Below, piece by piece: positions 36,898 to 38,492 of a DNA stretch of 38,492 nt. Position 1 is the first letter of the stretch, and each line of letters begins with the position of its first letter. Position numbers and translations under genes: made by a program. The notes beneath the pieces were generated by a model that saw nothing but the letters and a program-made list of their open reading frames with translations, ran no database searches and was not told the origin of the DNA. The DNA lies in the NCBI GenBank assembly GCA_910592345.1, contig CAJVPI010000257.1:1-38492 (forward strand), written 5' to 3'. This stretch comes from Paraglomus brasilianum (lineage: Eukaryota).

Positions 36898-37596
36898 CGC
36901 TTTCTGGAGAAGGAAGATATTAATCTTAAATGTCATGCCTCCAAAGTATCCATCGCCAAGATGGTAGCATAGTAGAAGTCGCTTTTGACGTCCACGCGGA
37001 TGGTCTTTTGCATGGAAATCCTTGGGCACTTGCATCCCGAATAGATCGTAGAGTTTTTTAGCAAGGGTGGCAACAATTAATCCTTTACGTCCTGTAAAGT
37101 CAGGTAAAATGAGTAAAATAATAGCGTGCGAGTATATGGTACATTTGAACGTATTACCAAGTTATTTTAGTTATTATTACCGGCAGCGACACTTGCTGTA
37201 TCGCTTGCATCATCCACAAAAAACTCGCTGATACGATGTCAGAGGAATAAAAAATTGCGCATATATTTAATCGACAATGATTGAATTATTCCAACCACTA
37301 GTTAGTTAAAGAGAGCGAGAAGGGCGCGGCGACAAAAAGCAAAAGAGATTCTAGACACGATTCATTCATTATGCCGTATCATTACCGTTAACAGTAAACG
37401 GTCTTCCTGATTTAGGCGTGAATCGAAAGCTCAATCCTTGATGTTCAGACTGTTTATTAATAAAAAGTATATGGGCAAACAATTACTTAGGAAGCGGTTG
37501 AAACAATAAATTGGTTTACCCTTCACTAAAGAGCCTGCTTTCAAGTTTAAACCGCAAAAGTATTCTTTGAGCTTTCTGACATCTTTGCGTCCCATA
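36898..37596 (-). pseudogene. Degraded multi-exon gene remnant, unknown family
   Basis: AG/GT-bounded segments 37520-37596, 37386-37449, 37181-37227, 36898-37091 read ...LESRLFSEG/LNIKD*AFDSRLNQEDRLLLT/RVF(+1)VDDASDTASVAAG/RKGLIVATLAKKLYDLFGMQVP...KRLLLCYHLGDGYFGG. One stop and one frameshift are needed. Confidence 0.4.
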
Positions 37597-38049
37597 CTAT
37601 TTTCTGATAGAAAGTATGCGATGGTTGTTATATAGCAACGGGATATTATAATTAAATCTATAGTTCTGCTGCGCATGTATTTCTAAGTGTTAATGTAGAT
37701 GGCATGCCAATTTATCACGTTACAGCAAATTTAATATGTTTATTGCAAGTATTCGAACAAGCTTCTCTACCAACATTAGCTTTGTTTACTAACACCCTTC
37801 GTAGTGGGATCATGTTTTGTAAGACAGAAGTGCTGGTAACAATGAGTGGAATTGGACTACAATAAAATCGGATGTCTTGGTTCTTTATTGACAACAAATT
37901 AATAACCGCTTTTTGTAATAACTAGTGGTATTTTTCCTTGTAAGCATCCTGTGACGCTACGCTATAAACGGTGAAGTATTCTCTCCTTTATTTCTGCACG
38001 GTGCCGCAGCACAAATCGATCAGTGGTAACACCAGCGCAGCTGCATGGG

Positions 38050-38119
38050 TAGTGAAATTTCACTATCGGTGTTACATACATTTCGACACTGGTAGTACGG
38101 TTAGTGAAATTTCACTAAC
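38050..38119. repeat. Twice-repeated perfect palindrome TAGTGAAATTTCACTA
   Basis: 16-bp palindrome at 38050-38065 and the 20-bp palindrome GTTAGTGAAATTTCACTAAC at 38100-38119. The spacer contains a short CGGTGT..ACACTG stem. Confidence 0.85.
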
Positions 38120-38492
38120 AGAAATGCTTCGATTTATTCAGATGCATACAGTTAAATTATCAATAGAATATTAGAATTAGCTGCTAAAAATAGATCTATT
38201 ATTCCGCTCCAAAAATACATAAGTAGCGTAGATTTCAGTTAGATAGAAGGAAGTCAATAAGAGCCTGTTTAGCATGTCTAATTACTTTCGATTCCTTTAT
38301 TGTAAATAAATGAGTAATTCTTTATACTCTGAAATACATTGTTAATGATTCATTCCCTGGTAATTATCGGTATAGCTGAGAAAACGTTAATCCCTATATC
38401 GATGAAGAATAATCGCGCGATTATTCGAGTGGCAAATTACGATAATTAATTGTTATGTAGATGCGCATTATTATGATTTATACTCATTGTAC

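Overview
Eukaryotic, AT-rich genomic DNA with short GT-AG introns and CTAAC/CTGAC-type branch points. Gene content suggests an early-diverging fungus (Mucoromycota/Glomeromycotina); that assignment is inference. The first ~11.6 kb is a tandem duplication of a two-gene unit. Each unit has a minus-strand, pseudogenised EED/ESC/FIE-like WD40 gene and, divergently, an intact 5-exon plus-strand gene. The intact gene encodes an MLKL-like protein: N-terminal helical bundle, coiled coil, TKL-type pseudokinase lacking DFG, and Sel1-like repeats. The two MLKL-like paralogs are near-identical except for a sharply delimited, much more diverged C-terminal tail. Copy 1 of the WD40 pseudogene carries a decayed Tc1/mariner element (empty site preserved in copy 2) and is cut by the end of a second DNA transposon at the window start. 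The rest of the window holds a 2-exon hypothetical gene, two multi-pass/GPCR-like membrane protein genes, a VIT-VWA (VWA5A-like) gene, a class I SAM methyltransferase, a LUD-domain gene of a mainly prokaryotic family, a ~180 bp fold-back element, a P1B Cu-ATPase, a degraded spliced gene remnant and a duplicated palindrome. No rRNA, tRNA or CRISPR was seen. All exon models were derived by hand and family calls come from motif recognition, not searches.
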